A program made the position numbers and the translations under genes. From sequence record MZ574431.2: 64,000 bases of DNA; one strand, written 5' to 3'. Below are positions 17,537 through 27,382 of this stretch, one piece after another. Under the pieces are notes generated by a model that was given only the letters and a program-made list of their open reading frames with translations, was not told the DNA's origin and searched no databases. Positions within the stretch are counted from its first letter, which is position 1. Every line of letters starts with the position of its first letter.

Positions 17537-18752
17537 CCTCGACCTGCTCAACGAGTTCTGGACGCGCACCGAGCGCGAGGACGAGTTTCGCAACTATCGG
17601 GATTTCGTCCGCCAAGCGCGCGCCTTCACGCTCGACGATGATCTCGCCGGCGTGGTCAGCAAGCTGGGGGCGCGCGCCGACGACAAGACGCTCCTACGCT
17701 ACAAGCATGCCGCGCGTCTACCCTATCCCAAGATGTGGATAGAGGGCAGCTTCGAGCACCTGTTTGCCGACAACGGCTCCTCCCGGCACATGTTCGGCCG
17801 CCCCGAGCGCGTGGGCTGGATGCTCAAGCAAGGCGACGAGGTTTATGGCCCGGACGTGATCCAGGCCATCCGCGTCGCGCGCACTGACGGCGGCGGACCC
17901 CTGGCCGGCGGAGACCTGTTGGCGTCGGTCTACCCGGCCATCTTCCGCTGGTTCCCTGAAGGCCGCATCGACTACCGTCCCATCCGGCTGCGCGATGGCA
18001 ACGCCGCCGCCACGAAGTGGTTTGAGGAACTGGTGGCGGCCGAGCAGGACTTCAACAGCCATTCCGCCTCGATGCGGTTGGCCTGGACACCGAATGACCC
18101 AGGCGTCGAGCGCCAGATCGGCGTGGACGCCATGGAACTGCTGCGCCGCGCCAGTCAGGAGACCGACCGGCTCCCCCTGGCCGGGCAGGCGGTCGTGTCG
18201 ATGGAAGGGCGCGCGCTCGACGCCCTGGTCCGGCGCAACACCTACCCCACCTTGACCGAAGGCGTGAAGGAGCTACTGGGCGCGGCGCTCTATGATCAGA
18301 CCGGGGACCTTGGGCTCATCGTCTCGGCCCTGGCGCTGATCAACGAAATCCCCATCCGACGCATCGAGTACCAGCCGCGCGGCAGCGTTCGGGCTGGTGG
18401 TCGCATCCGCCCCTACATGCGCTCGACGATCGTCTCGATCGAGGTGCCCGCCAACCGCCGGCGCGTCAAGGACATCGAGAAGACCATCAAGCTTCGTGTC
18501 GAGGCCGCCAAGCGCGCCCGCCATGAGGTTCGCGGCCATTGGCTGACGTCCGACAAGCCGCCCCGCGCCGAAGAGACCCGCGAAGAAAAGCGTTGGGAGA
18601 CCTACTTCGATCGGCACGGCAAACTCCGCTGGCGGACCTGGATCGCCAACCACATGCGTGGCAGCGCCGAGATTGGCTTCGTTCAGCATGTCTACGAGGT
18701 CACGGAGAACCCGCGCAAGAAAGCTGTTGACAACTCCCTGGCAGGTCTCTAG
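17529..18752 (+). CDS. hypothetical protein with C-terminal RHEVRGHW...HMRG motif
   Basis: 407 aa; its last codons are the next promoter. Confidence 0.8.
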   Translation: MANLDLLNEFWTRTEREDEFRNYRDFVRQARAFTLDDDLAGVVSKLGARADDKTLLRYKHAARLPYPKMWIEGSFEHLFADNGSSRHMFGRPERVGWMLKQGDEVYGPDVIQAIRVARTDGGGPLAGGDLLASVYPAIFRWFPEGRIDYRPIRLRDGNAAATKWFEELVAAEQDFNSHSASMRLAWTPNDPGVERQIGVDAMELLRRASQETDRLPLAGQAVVSMEGRALDALVRRNTYPTLTEGVKELLGAALYDQTGDLGLIVSALALINEIPIRRIEYQPRGSVRAGGRIRPYMRSTIVSIEVPANRRRVKDIEKTIKLRVEAAKRARHEVRGHWLTSDKPPRAEETREEKRWETYFDRHGKLRWRTWIANHMRGSAEIGFVQHVYEVTENPRKKAVDNSLAGL

Positions 18753-18755
18753 CTA
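18714..18755 (+). promoter_or_regulatory. conserved phage promoter
   Basis: CGCAAGAAAGCTG-TTGACA-17-TAGCTA. Confidence 0.8.
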
Positions 18756-18784
18756 TGCAAGACGTTCAACAGGAAAGGCCCGCC

Positions 18785-19303
18785 ATGACCGAAGCTTCAG
18801 AAGGCAAGCCCCTCTACTACGCCGTCATCAGTGGCTCGGCGGAACATGCAGGCATGCCCGCTTCGATCGTGGCCGTCTTTGACGAGACCGCCAAGGCCGT
18901 CACCGGCCCCGCGATCGTCATCGAGCGCGACTACAACAACAACCTGACCCGCGTGACCAAGCCCGACGCTAACCCGATCTGGGGCAGGCGCACGGCCACG
19001 GGTCTGGTCCGAGCGTCCAAGAGCAACATCCTGGCGCGGTTCGACGACCGCGACAAGGCTGAAGCGGCGATGGAGGCGGCGTACAAGAACGCCAGAACCA
19101 GTATTGATGAGTTCGGCGACATCGCGGGCATCAAGACGCTGAACGAGGAGATCGGCGCCTTGGAAAAGCGCGTCAGGGAGCTTCGCGTCGAACTCCAGGA
19201 AAAGCGTCGGGTCTCGTGGGAAGACCGCTTCCAGAAGACCCTGGCCATTCTCACCGAAGGCGGTGCGACCGAGGTCTGGAAAGACCCCGAGGCGTCGACT
19301 TAA
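18785..19303 (+). CDS. hypothetical protein (coiled-coil C-terminus)
   Basis: AGGAAAGG upstream of ATG 18785. Confidence 0.75.
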   Translation: MTEASEGKPLYYAVISGSAEHAGMPASIVAVFDETAKAVTGPAIVIERDYNNNLTRVTKPDANPIWGRRTATGLVRASKSNILARFDDRDKAEAAMEAAYKNARTSIDEFGDIAGIKTLNEEIGALEKRVRELRVELQEKRRVSWEDRFQKTLAILTEGGATEVWKDPEAST

Positions 19304-19356
19304 AGCCACCTTCTTCTCCGGCCCCTGGCCGCCGCATCATTTATCGATAGGACCCC

Positions 19357-19986
19357 ATGTACCCCAAGCACCACCTCATTCTCCACGGGATCGAAGACGC
19401 CGGCATGCAAGGCATGGTCCGCGCCATTCTCGGCCCGGACTACTCCTCGATCATCGTCTCCGAGAACATGATCCACCAGGAGTGGAACAACCCCAAGGCC
19501 GTGGCTGTCCTTCTCCAGCCTGTCTATGACGACGAAAACGACCGCCTGGGCGTGATCGTTGGCAAGCGCGCCATCGCGCCGCAGATCGGCGAGTGGGCGA
19601 TCCCCGGCGGTTTCGTGCAGAACTTCGGCCGATCGATCGAAGAAGAAGCCGTCACCGAGTTCGAGCAGGAGATGGGCATCGCCGGCCTCACCGCCGACAC
19701 CGTGCGCATGTGGCACAGCTACCCCACGCCCAACGGCCGCATCCTGTTCTTCTGTGTCAACGGCCAGACCCTGAAGGCCCGCGAGATCAAGGAGGTCCTG
19801 GGCGCAGGCAAGGGCGACGGCGAGATGAGCGACTTCAAGGTCGCCTATGAGCCGTTCCAACTGGCCTTCCCGTTCCACACCATCGTCATGGAGAAGTTCT
19901 TCCGGTCCTTCCAGGCCGGCGCCAAGGAATTCCCCATGCCCGGCTATGGTCTGATCGCCTCTCGGGGCCATCTGCCGCAACGCTAG
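19357..19986 (+). CDS. Nudix hydrolase (degenerate box)
   Basis: WAIPGGFVQNFGRSIEEEAVTEFEQEMGI; C-terminal LAFPFH. Confidence 0.8.
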   Translation: MYPKHHLILHGIEDAGMQGMVRAILGPDYSSIIVSENMIHQEWNNPKAVAVLLQPVYDDENDRLGVIVGKRAIAPQIGEWAIPGGFVQNFGRSIEEEAVTEFEQEMGIAGLTADTVRMWHSYPTPNGRILFFCVNGQTLKAREIKEVLGAGKGDGEMSDFKVAYEPFQLAFPFHTIVMEKFFRSFQAGAKEFPMPGYGLIASRGHLPQR

Positions 19987-19995
19987 GAGAAGCCT

Positions 19996-20184
19996 ATGCC
20001 CACCACCCGCCTTCGTAGCCCGGAGATGGTCGACAAGATCATCGCCGACTTCAAGAAGACCCAGAACCTGGACGCTACCGCCAAGAAGTTCAACGCGTCC
20101 GTTTCGGGCATCCGAGCGGTCCTGCGCTGCCATGCGCCGGACCTGCTTTCCGAGCGCCGGCAAGCCCAGGCTGACAAGAGCTAA
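19996..20184 (+). CDS. small HTH protein
   Basis: LDATAKKFNASVSGIRAVLR; AGGAG SD. Confidence 0.65.
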   Translation: MPTTRLRSPEMVDKIIADFKKTQNLDATAKKFNASVSGIRAVLRCHAPDLLSERRQAQADKS

Positions 20185-20189
20185 AATTC

Positions 20190-20232
20190 TACAAGAAAAC
20201 GGTTGACACTCCTCGGCGCGCTCGCCTAAGGT
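20190..20232 (+). promoter_or_regulatory. conserved phage promoter with anti-SD arm
   Basis: TACAAGAAAACGG-TTGACA-18-TAAGGT; CTCCTCGGCG pairs with CGCCGAGGAG. Confidence 0.85.
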
Positions 20233-20259
20233 GCGCCCATAGCCGCCGAGGAGAGACAG

Positions 20260-21093
20260 ATGTCGATCACCATGCCCGCCCAACAAGACGCCGAAGGCAA
20301 CTGGCCCGAGGGCGCGTGGCTCAATGTCGAGCCGGTCTACGAAGGTGGTTACAGCACCTCGTACGGTTACGACCACAAACTCAAGCGCGACACCTACAAG
20401 TTCAGTGACTTCGACCCGGCGCTCGGTCGCTTCGTCGAAGTCCAGCCGATGTTCGGCCCCTATCGCCGCGACCGGATCGTCGGCTATCGCCCTTCCGCTT
20501 TCGCCGACCGCGTGATGGCCCAGACCTACAAGGGCTGCGTCCTGAGCCTGGGCGAGGTCAACGGCTACCACGACAGCGACTTCTACGCGATCGTCTGGGA
20601 CGAGGCCGACCAAGCAACGCGTCGCATCGAGTACGCCTCGACGCGTGGCTGGACCTACGACTGCGGCGCCTCGATCGACGCGACTGATGAGGTCAAGGCC
20701 GCCTACGCCGCCTATGAAGAGGCCCAGTATCGGCGCCGGGTCGAGGAGCGTGAACGCGCCACCCAGGCCAAGCGCGAGGAAGTCGCCAAGGCCCTGGCGG
20801 TCGACATCGCCGCCATCGCGCGCCTCGAAAGCGCCTACGGTCGTATCGACCCGCGCCCGATCGCCACGAGCGGTCGCTACAACAACCACTATTCGTCGCT
20901 CTCGAAGTCGTTCGGCTTCACGCGAGAGTCCAACACCCTGGACAGCATCATCGCCTTGGCGATCAGCGGCAAGAGCGGCCGGCTGCGCAACGCCTTCCGC
21001 AAGAAGATGGCCGAGCAGGTCCTGGCCTGGATGGTCGACCCCACCCCGCAGTACCCCACGCCCCTGTCCCGCAAACAACTCCAATACATCTGA
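20260..21093 (+). CDS. hypothetical protein
   Basis: GAGGAG SD; strong codon bias. Confidence 0.85.
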   Translation: MSITMPAQQDAEGNWPEGAWLNVEPVYEGGYSTSYGYDHKLKRDTYKFSDFDPALGRFVEVQPMFGPYRRDRIVGYRPSAFADRVMAQTYKGCVLSLGEVNGYHDSDFYAIVWDEADQATRRIEYASTRGWTYDCGASIDATDEVKAAYAAYEEAQYRRRVEERERATQAKREEVAKALAVDIAAIARLESAYGRIDPRPIATSGRYNNHYSSLSKSFGFTRESNTLDSIIALAISGKSGRLRNAFRKKMAEQVLAWMVDPTPQYPTPLSRKQLQYI

Positions 21094-21104
21094 AGGAGGT
21101 CAGC

Positions 21105-22052
21105 TTGATCGACATCAATCACCCCGAGCCCGTCACCCACGGCAACTTCGCCCTGATGTGGTCGGGCGGCGCCTTCGAGGTCTTCGAACTGCGCAGCCGC
21201 TTCCAGGACGGCGAGGTTCAAGACCCGATCCTGCGCTTCCACGCCATGGAGGTCACCGACCCCTATCCGATCATCCTGAACCATCGCGAAATCCTCGCCC
21301 GCTACGACGACAAGGACGAGGCGCTGTACTGCGCCGAGGCCGCTCGCGCCGCCTGGGCGAGCGGCGAGGATGCCCTGAAAGAGCTTCAAGACGAGTTCGA
21401 CCGCAAGAAGAAGTTCCTCACCGAGCGTCGCGATCGCTATGCTCGTGATCTGGCCATCGCCGGCCGCGAGAAGATCGACGCCGGCGAGATCAAGCCGATG
21501 ACCATCCCGCTCACGGATCGCGAGACCGATCAGGCCATGGAGGCCTCCTATCGCACCGACGCGGCCGTCGAAAGCGCCCTGCGCAACATCACCGAGGTCC
21601 TGCCGCCGGTCAGCGAGTTCCCTGGCATCCCGGACTCCTGGTACGAGAAGCCCGTCTGCAAGGTCGAGTGGGCCAGCGAGGACGGCGATCCCTCCGTCGG
21701 CATCCCCGGCTGGCACGGGCTCGTCCTCAAGCCCGACCAGTCCGGTACGATCCTGGGCGAAATCCTCGCCGATCTGGCGCAGGACCTCGGCGACGCCCGC
21801 GTCATCCCCGGCGCCGACCACTCGCGCCTGGAGAACTGGGAGCGCCTGGAAGCGGCCGAAGCCGTCCTCAAGCTGCTGACCGACGTCCTGGAAGACCAGA
21901 CCTCGACGCACATGCGCTTCGAGACCAGCCGCGCCGCCCTCGACGAGCGCGTTCGTGCCCTGCTGGGCTACATGAAGGTCAACGCCGAAAAGCTCCTGGA
22001 CGCCCTGGCCGTCTGGGAAGACATCGTCGCCACCCAGAAGGCCACCGCATGA
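21105..22052 (+). CDS. hypothetical protein
   Basis: AAGGAGG SD, TTG start. Confidence 0.8.
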   Translation: MIDINHPEPVTHGNFALMWSGGAFEVFELRSRFQDGEVQDPILRFHAMEVTDPYPIILNHREILARYDDKDEALYCAEAARAAWASGEDALKELQDEFDRKKKFLTERRDRYARDLAIAGREKIDAGEIKPMTIPLTDRETDQAMEASYRTDAAVESALRNITEVLPPVSEFPGIPDSWYEKPVCKVEWASEDGDPSVGIPGWHGLVLKPDQSGTILGEILADLAQDLGDARVIPGADHSRLENWERLEAAEAVLKLLTDVLEDQTSTHMRFETSRAALDERVRALLGYMKVNAEKLLDALAVWEDIVATQKATA

Positions 22053-22567
22053 CCGCGATCCCTAAACCTACCAACAGCCTCCCGCGCGTCCTGGAGAAGG
22101 TGCGCCACGCCAAGGCCATGCTGGATGCCATGCCGGCATCGGGCGTGGCCAACCTCCCAGACACCCGCCACGCCATTGGCGCCGAGGTGCTCGTCAGTCT
22201 GGTGATCGCCTACAATCTGCTCGGCGAGACGGCGGGCCTTGAGGCGATGTCCCTGGCCATCTCCTCGGACACCTCGCGCAAGCAGCCGCCGGTCCTGCTG
22301 AACGGCGTCGACAAGCGCATTGCGGCCGGCAACCTGACGCCCGACTGCATGGCGATGGCCAACCAGGACAGGTCCATCAAGGAATATTTCGAGGCGATCA
22401 CCGGCCTGCTGCTCGACCCCTACTTCTACCAGCGCACCCGCGACGGCGAAAAGCCGCTGCATGACGCCGCGCTCTGGGGCCAACGCAAGGCCGCGTTCCT
22501 GATCCTGGACCTGATCGAGCACTTCATGCACATCCCCGATCGGATCAAAGGCTCCTTGAGCTACTAA
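22049..22567 (+). CDS. hypothetical protein
   Basis: ATGA overlap start. Confidence 0.75.
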   Translation: MTAIPKPTNSLPRVLEKVRHAKAMLDAMPASGVANLPDTRHAIGAEVLVSLVIAYNLLGETAGLEAMSLAISSDTSRKQPPVLLNGVDKRIAAGNLTPDCMAMANQDRSIKEYFEAITGLLLDPYFYQRTRDGEKPLHDAALWGQRKAAFLILDLIEHFMHIPDRIKGSLSY

Positions 22568-22568
22568 G

Positions 22569-22610
22569 TGCAAGAAAGCTGTTGACACACGTGTTGGGAG
22601 GCCCTAAAGG
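22569..22610 (+). promoter_or_regulatory. conserved phage promoter with anti-SD arm
   Basis: TGCAAGAAAGCTG-TTGACA-17-TAAAGG; GTCTCCTC pairs with GAGGAGAC. Confidence 0.85.
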
Positions 22611-22640
22611 TCTCCTCACCCGCAACGAGAGGAGACTCCG

Positions 22641-23009
22641 GTGACCACCGAAGCTGACATCAAGGCCAAGCCGTTCATCCTGACCAACGACGGCGCCGGC
22701 CTCATCCGCATCTGGGAAGTCACCGGCCTCAAGCAGCGCCTGCCGGGTGAGCCGGGTGTGTTCGAGATCGCTATGAAGGACACCGACGAGAACAACTCGA
22801 CGACGATCCGCAGCGACGACTTCGACACCATCTACGCGACCGCCGCGACCCTGGCCCAGGCGCAGATCGCCCGTCGGGCCTCGCGCCTCGCCTGGGACAG
22901 CCATCAGCAGACGATCGCCTCGATCGAGATGACCCTGGCCAACGCCAAGAACAACCAGTGGCTGGACTGCAAGACCGTCACGCGTCTCATCGCCGAGGCC
23001 GCGATCTAA
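22641..23009 (+). CDS. hypothetical protein
   Basis: GAGGAG SD. Confidence 0.8.
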   Translation: MTTEADIKAKPFILTNDGAGLIRIWEVTGLKQRLPGEPGVFEIAMKDTDENNSTTIRSDDFDTIYATAATLAQAQIARRASRLAWDSHQQTIASIEMTLANAKNNQWLDCKTVTRLIAEAAI

Positions 23010-23010
23010 C

Positions 23011-23406
23011 ATGGCCCAGCAAGTCCAATTCACCGCCGTCGACATCGACGATCGCCGTCAGCAGATTCTGCGCGCCGTCCGCGACGCCGTGCTGCGCCAC
23101 CGCAGCGACAAGAAGCCCTGGACGCACCCGACCTTCGAGGCCCTTCGCGACGCGGCCGACGCCGGCGCCAAGGACCGCATCTGGCGCATGGAAGCGGCGG
23201 GCTACGTCGACGGCACGCGCAACACGCTTCTGCGCCTGCGCGGCAACTACGTGCTGCCGCAAGGCCTGGAGATGCAGCCGATGCTGGATGCGCTGATCCA
23301 GGTCTATCAGGTCCTGTCGTGCGACGATCTGGTGGAACTCCACCGCGAAGAAACGTCGGTTCACAACCTGCTCGACATTCTGGAAAGGACCCGCCCGCGT
23401 GACTAA
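23011..23406 (+). CDS. hypothetical protein
   Basis: Packed. Confidence 0.75.
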   Translation: MAQQVQFTAVDIDDRRQQILRAVRDAVLRHRSDKKPWTHPTFEALRDAADAGAKDRIWRMEAAGYVDGTRNTLLRLRGNYVLPQGLEMQPMLDALIQVYQVLSCDDLVELHREETSVHNLLDILERTRPRD

Positions 23407-23860
23407 CCTCGCCCTGAAGGCCACGGACTCGTTCGTTCGCGACGGCGCCTATTACCTCTACGACTGCAACCTCAATCGGCGACTGACCGACGAGGACTTC
23501 GCCCACGCCGGCGTCACGCTCGAAGAGGTCTGCATCGCCCTGTCGGAATCGTACCTGTCGTTCCATGCGTTCGGCGAGCCGGGCGCGTGGGACCTGCGTG
23601 ACCGTCTGCGCTGCGGCACCTTGGACTTCCCGGTGCGCGGCGCCACGGTTCTGCTGACCGAGGTCCGCAAGTTCATCGACGACAAATACAAGCCCCGCAA
23701 GGAAGCTGAAGCGAAGGCGCAAGCCGAAGCGGAAGCTTTCGATGCGGCCATGGAGGACATCCGCATCCTCCTCACCCAGGGCCTGGACAACGACGGCGTT
23801 TCGATCAGCCGCGCCCAGTGCGCTAAAATTCTGCGAGGTCTCCGTGTACCAGCGTTCTAA
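23399..23860 (+). CDS. hypothetical protein
   Basis: AAGGA SD; packed. Confidence 0.7.
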   Translation: MTNLALKATDSFVRDGAYYLYDCNLNRRLTDEDFAHAGVTLEEVCIALSESYLSFHAFGEPGAWDLRDRLRCGTLDFPVRGATVLLTEVRKFIDDKYKPRKEAEAKAQAEAEAFDAAMEDIRILLTQGLDNDGVSISRAQCAKILRGLRVPAF

Positions 23861-24245
23861 ACCAAACCACCACGACGCTGCTAGCTTCAACGACGTCATC
23901 TACGGCGTTTCGGGCAGCATGCGCGACAGCGCCTGCAATCTCCAGAGCCTCGCGGCCTCGTTCCAGGACGTCGGCAACAGCGTCGTGGCCGATCGCCTGT
24001 GGGCCATCGCCAAGGACCTGGAGGTCGATCGTCAAATCCTGATGGATGCCTGGGGCAACAAGGTCCACGACGACCTGCGCGCCTCCGAGCGAGCGACCGC
24101 CAACATGCTGCTGGGCGTCTTCGCGGGCGTCACCATCGGCGCCGACGGCGGCGTCGATCAGGATACCGCCAAGACCTTCGTCGGCCTCGCTGAAATGGTC
24201 TCGCCGGGCAGCAGCGCGGGCATCAAGCCGATCGAGGACGCCTAG
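23844..24245 (+). CDS. hypothetical protein
   Basis: GAGGT SD before GTG 23844. Confidence 0.7.
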   Translation: MYQRSKPNHHDAASFNDVIYGVSGSMRDSACNLQSLAASFQDVGNSVVADRLWAIAKDLEVDRQILMDAWGNKVHDDLRASERATANMLLGVFAGVTIGADGGVDQDTAKTFVGLAEMVSPGSSAGIKPIEDA

Positions 24246-24662
24246 TTGAACGACACGTCCAATCCGGCCAACATCAGGGCCAGCCAGATCAAGGCGCTGT
24301 CCGCGAGCCTAGACAAGTTCGTCGATCGCTTCGATACGCCCACCAAGCGGCGGGTCATGCCCTTCTACCTCCAGCCGGCCGCCGACATGGTCCGCGAGAC
24401 CCTTTCGGCGGCGCGCGCGGACAGCCTCCTGGGGCGCAAGGAGTGGGGCCTGCGCCTGACCGGCGCGCGTACGCTGCTCTACGCCCACCCCAAGGACGCC
24501 GTGGCGCCGCTGATCGCCCAGGCCCTGGACCACGCCGCCTATGTCATGCTGGCCGAGAGCGCCAACCGCATGCGCGAGCGCTGGGACCCCATCAACGCTC
24601 TGGTCGCCAAGGTGGCGACGATCAAGATCGACCCGCCCGCCGCCACGCCCGTCAAGGCCTAG
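24246..24662 (+). CDS. hypothetical protein
   Basis: Abuts upstream stop, TTG start. Confidence 0.7.
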   Translation: MNDTSNPANIRASQIKALSASLDKFVDRFDTPTKRRVMPFYLQPAADMVRETLSAARADSLLGRKEWGLRLTGARTLLYAHPKDAVAPLIAQALDHAAYVMLAESANRMRERWDPINALVAKVATIKIDPPAATPVKA

Positions 24663-24677
24663 TTCAAGGAGACCGAC

Positions 24678-24902
24678 ATGCCCGACCTCTACCGCCTGAA
24701 GGTCACCGTTCGCGACTATCTCGACTTCGAGGTCATCGGCTCCTCGCCCGGCGATGTGATGGACAGGTTCGAGGCCGCGATCCACAAGAAGGCCAAGAGG
24801 GGCGGCTGGTCGGAGCACGCTCAGGCCGAGATCGACCGCATCAAGCCCGAGTGGATCGAGCGCCTGGACGTCGGCGTCTGGATCGATTACGAGCCGGCCT
24901 GA
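24678..24902 (+). CDS. hypothetical protein
   Basis: AAGGAG SD. Confidence 0.75.
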   Translation: MPDLYRLKVTVRDYLDFEVIGSSPGDVMDRFEAAIHKKAKRGGWSEHAQAEIDRIKPEWIERLDVGVWIDYEPA

Positions 24903-24905
24903 TCA

Positions 24906-24948
24906 CGCGAGAAAACTGTTGACAGGCTCCTGTCCTCTGTCCTAAGAC
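24906..24948 (+). promoter_or_regulatory. conserved phage promoter
   Basis: CGCGAGAAAACTG-TTGACA-18-TAAGAC; partial anti-SD (CTCCT/AGGAG). Confidence 0.8.
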
Positions 24949-24971
24949 TGCGGACAACGAAAGGAGACCCG

Positions 24972-25217
24972 ATGTCGCGAGTTCACGTCATCTGCCGCCG
25001 AGGCGAACGCCAGACTGATCACACCGAGTTCGCGACCCTGGCCGAGGCCAAGTCGCGGGCGCTGCGCTATGCCGAGCGCGAGGCGATGATCGCGGGTATC
25101 TACCACGATGCGAGCTTCGGCGACATCAAGCGCCAGATCGAAGGCTTCCGGCGTGGTTGCTTCAAGGGCGTCTCCGTCGGTCCCAACGCGGTCGTGCGGA
25201 TCGAGGACCGGACGTGA
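24972..25217 (+). CDS. hypothetical protein
   Basis: AAGGAG SD. Confidence 0.75.
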   Translation: MSRVHVICRRGERQTDHTEFATLAEAKSRALRYAEREAMIAGIYHDASFGDIKRQIEGFRRGCFKGVSVGPNAVVRIEDRT

Positions 25218-25507
25218 AGGTTTTCGTCTGGCAAGGCGGCGACGTCCTGCGCGACTATGCCAGCGGCCTTGTGGTCGTGCTCGCCGCCGATGAGGCGACG
25301 GCCTGGGACAAGCTGCGCCAACAGCATCTGCGCGCCTTCGTGCAACTTCTCACCGGGCACAGCTTCGGGATCGAGAGCGTCGACGACCTCTACTTCTACT
25401 GGAACGACCTGTGGGAGGATGAGAAGCTCAAGCCGGGCTTTCCGATCATACCGGTGGCCTATGACATCAACGACGCGCCCGTGGCCGTCTGCTGGGGAGG
25501 TCAGTGA
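25214..25507 (+). CDS. hypothetical protein
   Basis: GTGA overlap. Confidence 0.7.
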   Translation: MKVFVWQGGDVLRDYASGLVVVLAADEATAWDKLRQQHLRAFVQLLTGHSFGIESVDDLYFYWNDLWEDEKLKPGFPIIPVAYDINDAPVAVCWGGQ

Positions 25508-25980
25508 TGACCATCGAAAGGATCGCCGACTTCGCCTACTATGCGGACGGCTACGGTGGCGACTCGCCGGTGCAGTTCAACGTCCAGGTGACGCACGAAT
25601 ACTACTACCGCAACGACTCAAACTACTTGGTGTCGCGCACCGAACTGTGCGAGGTCATCACCGCCGATACCCTGGAAGACCTCTACCAGAAGATGGCCGA
25701 GATCAGGGTGTCCAAGGCGGAGCGCAACCGTCCCGGCAGCGAAGAAAAGGAGGTCGCCTACTTCGGGACGATCTTCCTGGCCATCGCGGAAGCCGAGGTC
25801 AACGATGCCCTGCTGGAAGCCACGCCCGCCTGGACGGCCTACACGGAAAAACTGGCTCAAGCCAGGGCCGCGCAGGAGCGCCACGAGCAAATGCTGAAGC
25901 AGCAGGACGCCCAGAAGGCCGAAGCTGCTGAGCGCGCTCAACTGGCCTACCTGTCCAAGAAATACGGTCCGCCGCAGTAG
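25504..25980 (+). CDS. hypothetical protein
   Basis: GGAGG SD. Confidence 0.75.
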   Translation: MMTIERIADFAYYADGYGGDSPVQFNVQVTHEYYYRNDSNYLVSRTELCEVITADTLEDLYQKMAEIRVSKAERNRPGSEEKEVAYFGTIFLAIAEAEVNDALLEATPAWTAYTEKLAQARAAQERHEQMLKQQDAQKAEAAERAQLAYLSKKYGPPQ

Positions 25981-26012
25981 CGGCGCCGATCAACCCGAAC
26001 TGGAGAAGCTCG

Positions 26013-26276
26013 ATGCGCCAAGACCGTGTTCCCGACCATATGCTCGACCCGGTGACCGGGATCGGCCCGACCGTCAAGCAGCGCATGGCCGAGCGCGCGC
26101 GCATCCGCAAGGACCTTGAACTGGCTCATCCGGGCTGGAGGGTCCAGCGCACCGAGGAAACCGCCTGGGGCTCGATCGAGGCCGTCATGTTCAAGGACGG
26201 CGAGACCTTCCCCAAGCGGGTCTACTGGAACCCGGTGGCCGAACTGGGCCGCCAGTACGAACTCCCTTTGCATTAA
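26013..26276 (+). CDS. hypothetical protein
   Basis: GGAG SD. Confidence 0.7.
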   Translation: MRQDRVPDHMLDPVTGIGPTVKQRMAERARIRKDLELAHPGWRVQRTEETAWGSIEAVMFKDGETFPKRVYWNPVAELGRQYELPLH

Positions 26277-26286
26277 GGAGACACCC

Positions 26287-26508
26287 ATGGGCGTCAAAAC
26301 CACCATCCGCCTCTCGCGCCAGGAAGCCGAAGAACGCTATGTGCGTTTCAAGCTTGCGGACAAGACCCTGGCGCGCTCTTACCGCGCCCAGGCGGCGTTG
26401 ATGAGCGACAAGGACCTCGAAGATGTGCTGGAACGGCTGAACGATGAGAGCTACCGAGACGACTATGGCACCTACGGCGGCTACGACAACTACCTCATCC
26501 AAGGCTAA
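26287..26508 (+). CDS. hypothetical protein
   Basis: AAGGAG SD. Confidence 0.75.
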   Translation: MGVKTTIRLSRQEAEERYVRFKLADKTLARSYRAQAALMSDKDLEDVLERLNDESYRDDYGTYGGYDNYLIQG

Positions 26509-26556
26509 GTTCGTCCTCTCGCTCGGTCAGCCGCATCAGGCCCTGTGGCGACGTGC

Positions 26557-26608
26557 TGCAAGAAAGCTGTTGACACGCCTGCTCTAGGACCCTAGAACGG
26601 GCGTGTCA
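26557..26608 (+). promoter_or_regulatory. conserved phage promoter spanned by a palindrome
   Basis: TGCAAGAAAGCTG-TTGACA-17-TAGAAC; TGACACGCC/GGCGTGTCA plus inner TCTAGG/CCTAGA. Confidence 0.85.
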
Positions 26609-26627
26609 CAGCAAAGGGAGACACCCC

Positions 26628-27074
26628 GTGGCCCAGTCCGAAAACGTGAGCGTCGTGCTCGTCGTCTACGCGCTCTATGAGACCGACCGCGCGATCGCGG
26701 TCAACGCCGGCCAGCTTCAGATGCAGCGGGACAATCCCGCCGCCCTGGCCTATCTCCCCAAGAGTCAGATCAAGCTGGGCGCGCCGCTGAAGGTGCATGA
26801 GGACAAGGTCCGCTCGCGCGGTATCCCGACCAGCGTCGCCGAACGCCTGGGCATTTCCAAGGTCGGCTACTACGCCGTCGACGCCGACCGCAACGCGGTC
26901 ATGTCGCGTGTCGAATGGCGCCCCGTCACCATGCCCAAGTGGCTGGCCGACAAGCACGGCTGGGAAGACCAGGACATCGAGACCATGATCGGCGTCTGCA
27001 AGACGTGGGCCTATGCCGATGTGTCCGCCGCCGACGTTCGCGCCGCCTTGGCCAAGGACGTCGCGCATGCGTGA
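26628..27074 (+). CDS. hypothetical protein (ETDRA...LPKSQI...MPKWLA motif)
   Basis: GGGAGA SD. Confidence 0.75.
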   Translation: MAQSENVSVVLVVYALYETDRAIAVNAGQLQMQRDNPAALAYLPKSQIKLGAPLKVHEDKVRSRGIPTSVAERLGISKVGYYAVDADRNAVMSRVEWRPVTMPKWLADKHGWEDQDIETMIGVCKTWAYADVSAADVRAALAKDVAHA

Positions 27075-27351
27075 GATGAAGCAGCGCAAGCCCTCGATCC
27101 TGCGCTGGGAGTATCAGCGCGGCGTGGCCTTCGGCTACCTCGGCGAACACCGCGTCGCCTCGGTCTACGCCTGGGAAGGCGGGATCATGATGAAGGGCCG
27201 CTGGCGTTGGCGCATCGAACTGCCGCCGGCGCCAGGACGCAATGCGTCCGGTAAGGGGCTCTCGGAGAGCTATTGCCGCCAGCAAGCCGCCAACGCGATC
27301 CAGCATTTCATCGACACTGCCGGCCTTGCCATCAAAGCGCCGTCAGCGTAA
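27067..27351 (+). CDS. hypothetical protein
   Basis: AAGGA SD; packed. Confidence 0.65.
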   Translation: MREMKQRKPSILRWEYQRGVAFGYLGEHRVASVYAWEGGIMMKGRWRWRIELPPAPGRNASGKGLSESYCRQQAANAIQHFIDTAGLAIKAPSA

Positions 27352-27382
27352 GCATAGACGTCACGAAGTCAGTGAGGATGAC

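Noticed and set aside
19300-21084. 594-aa minus-strand ORF and many other long minus-strand ORFs (for example 1781-2821, 5581-6627, 35416-36516, 51588-52562)
   Set aside because: Antisense shadows of GC3-biased + strand genes; no SD, no motifs, full overlap with better genes.
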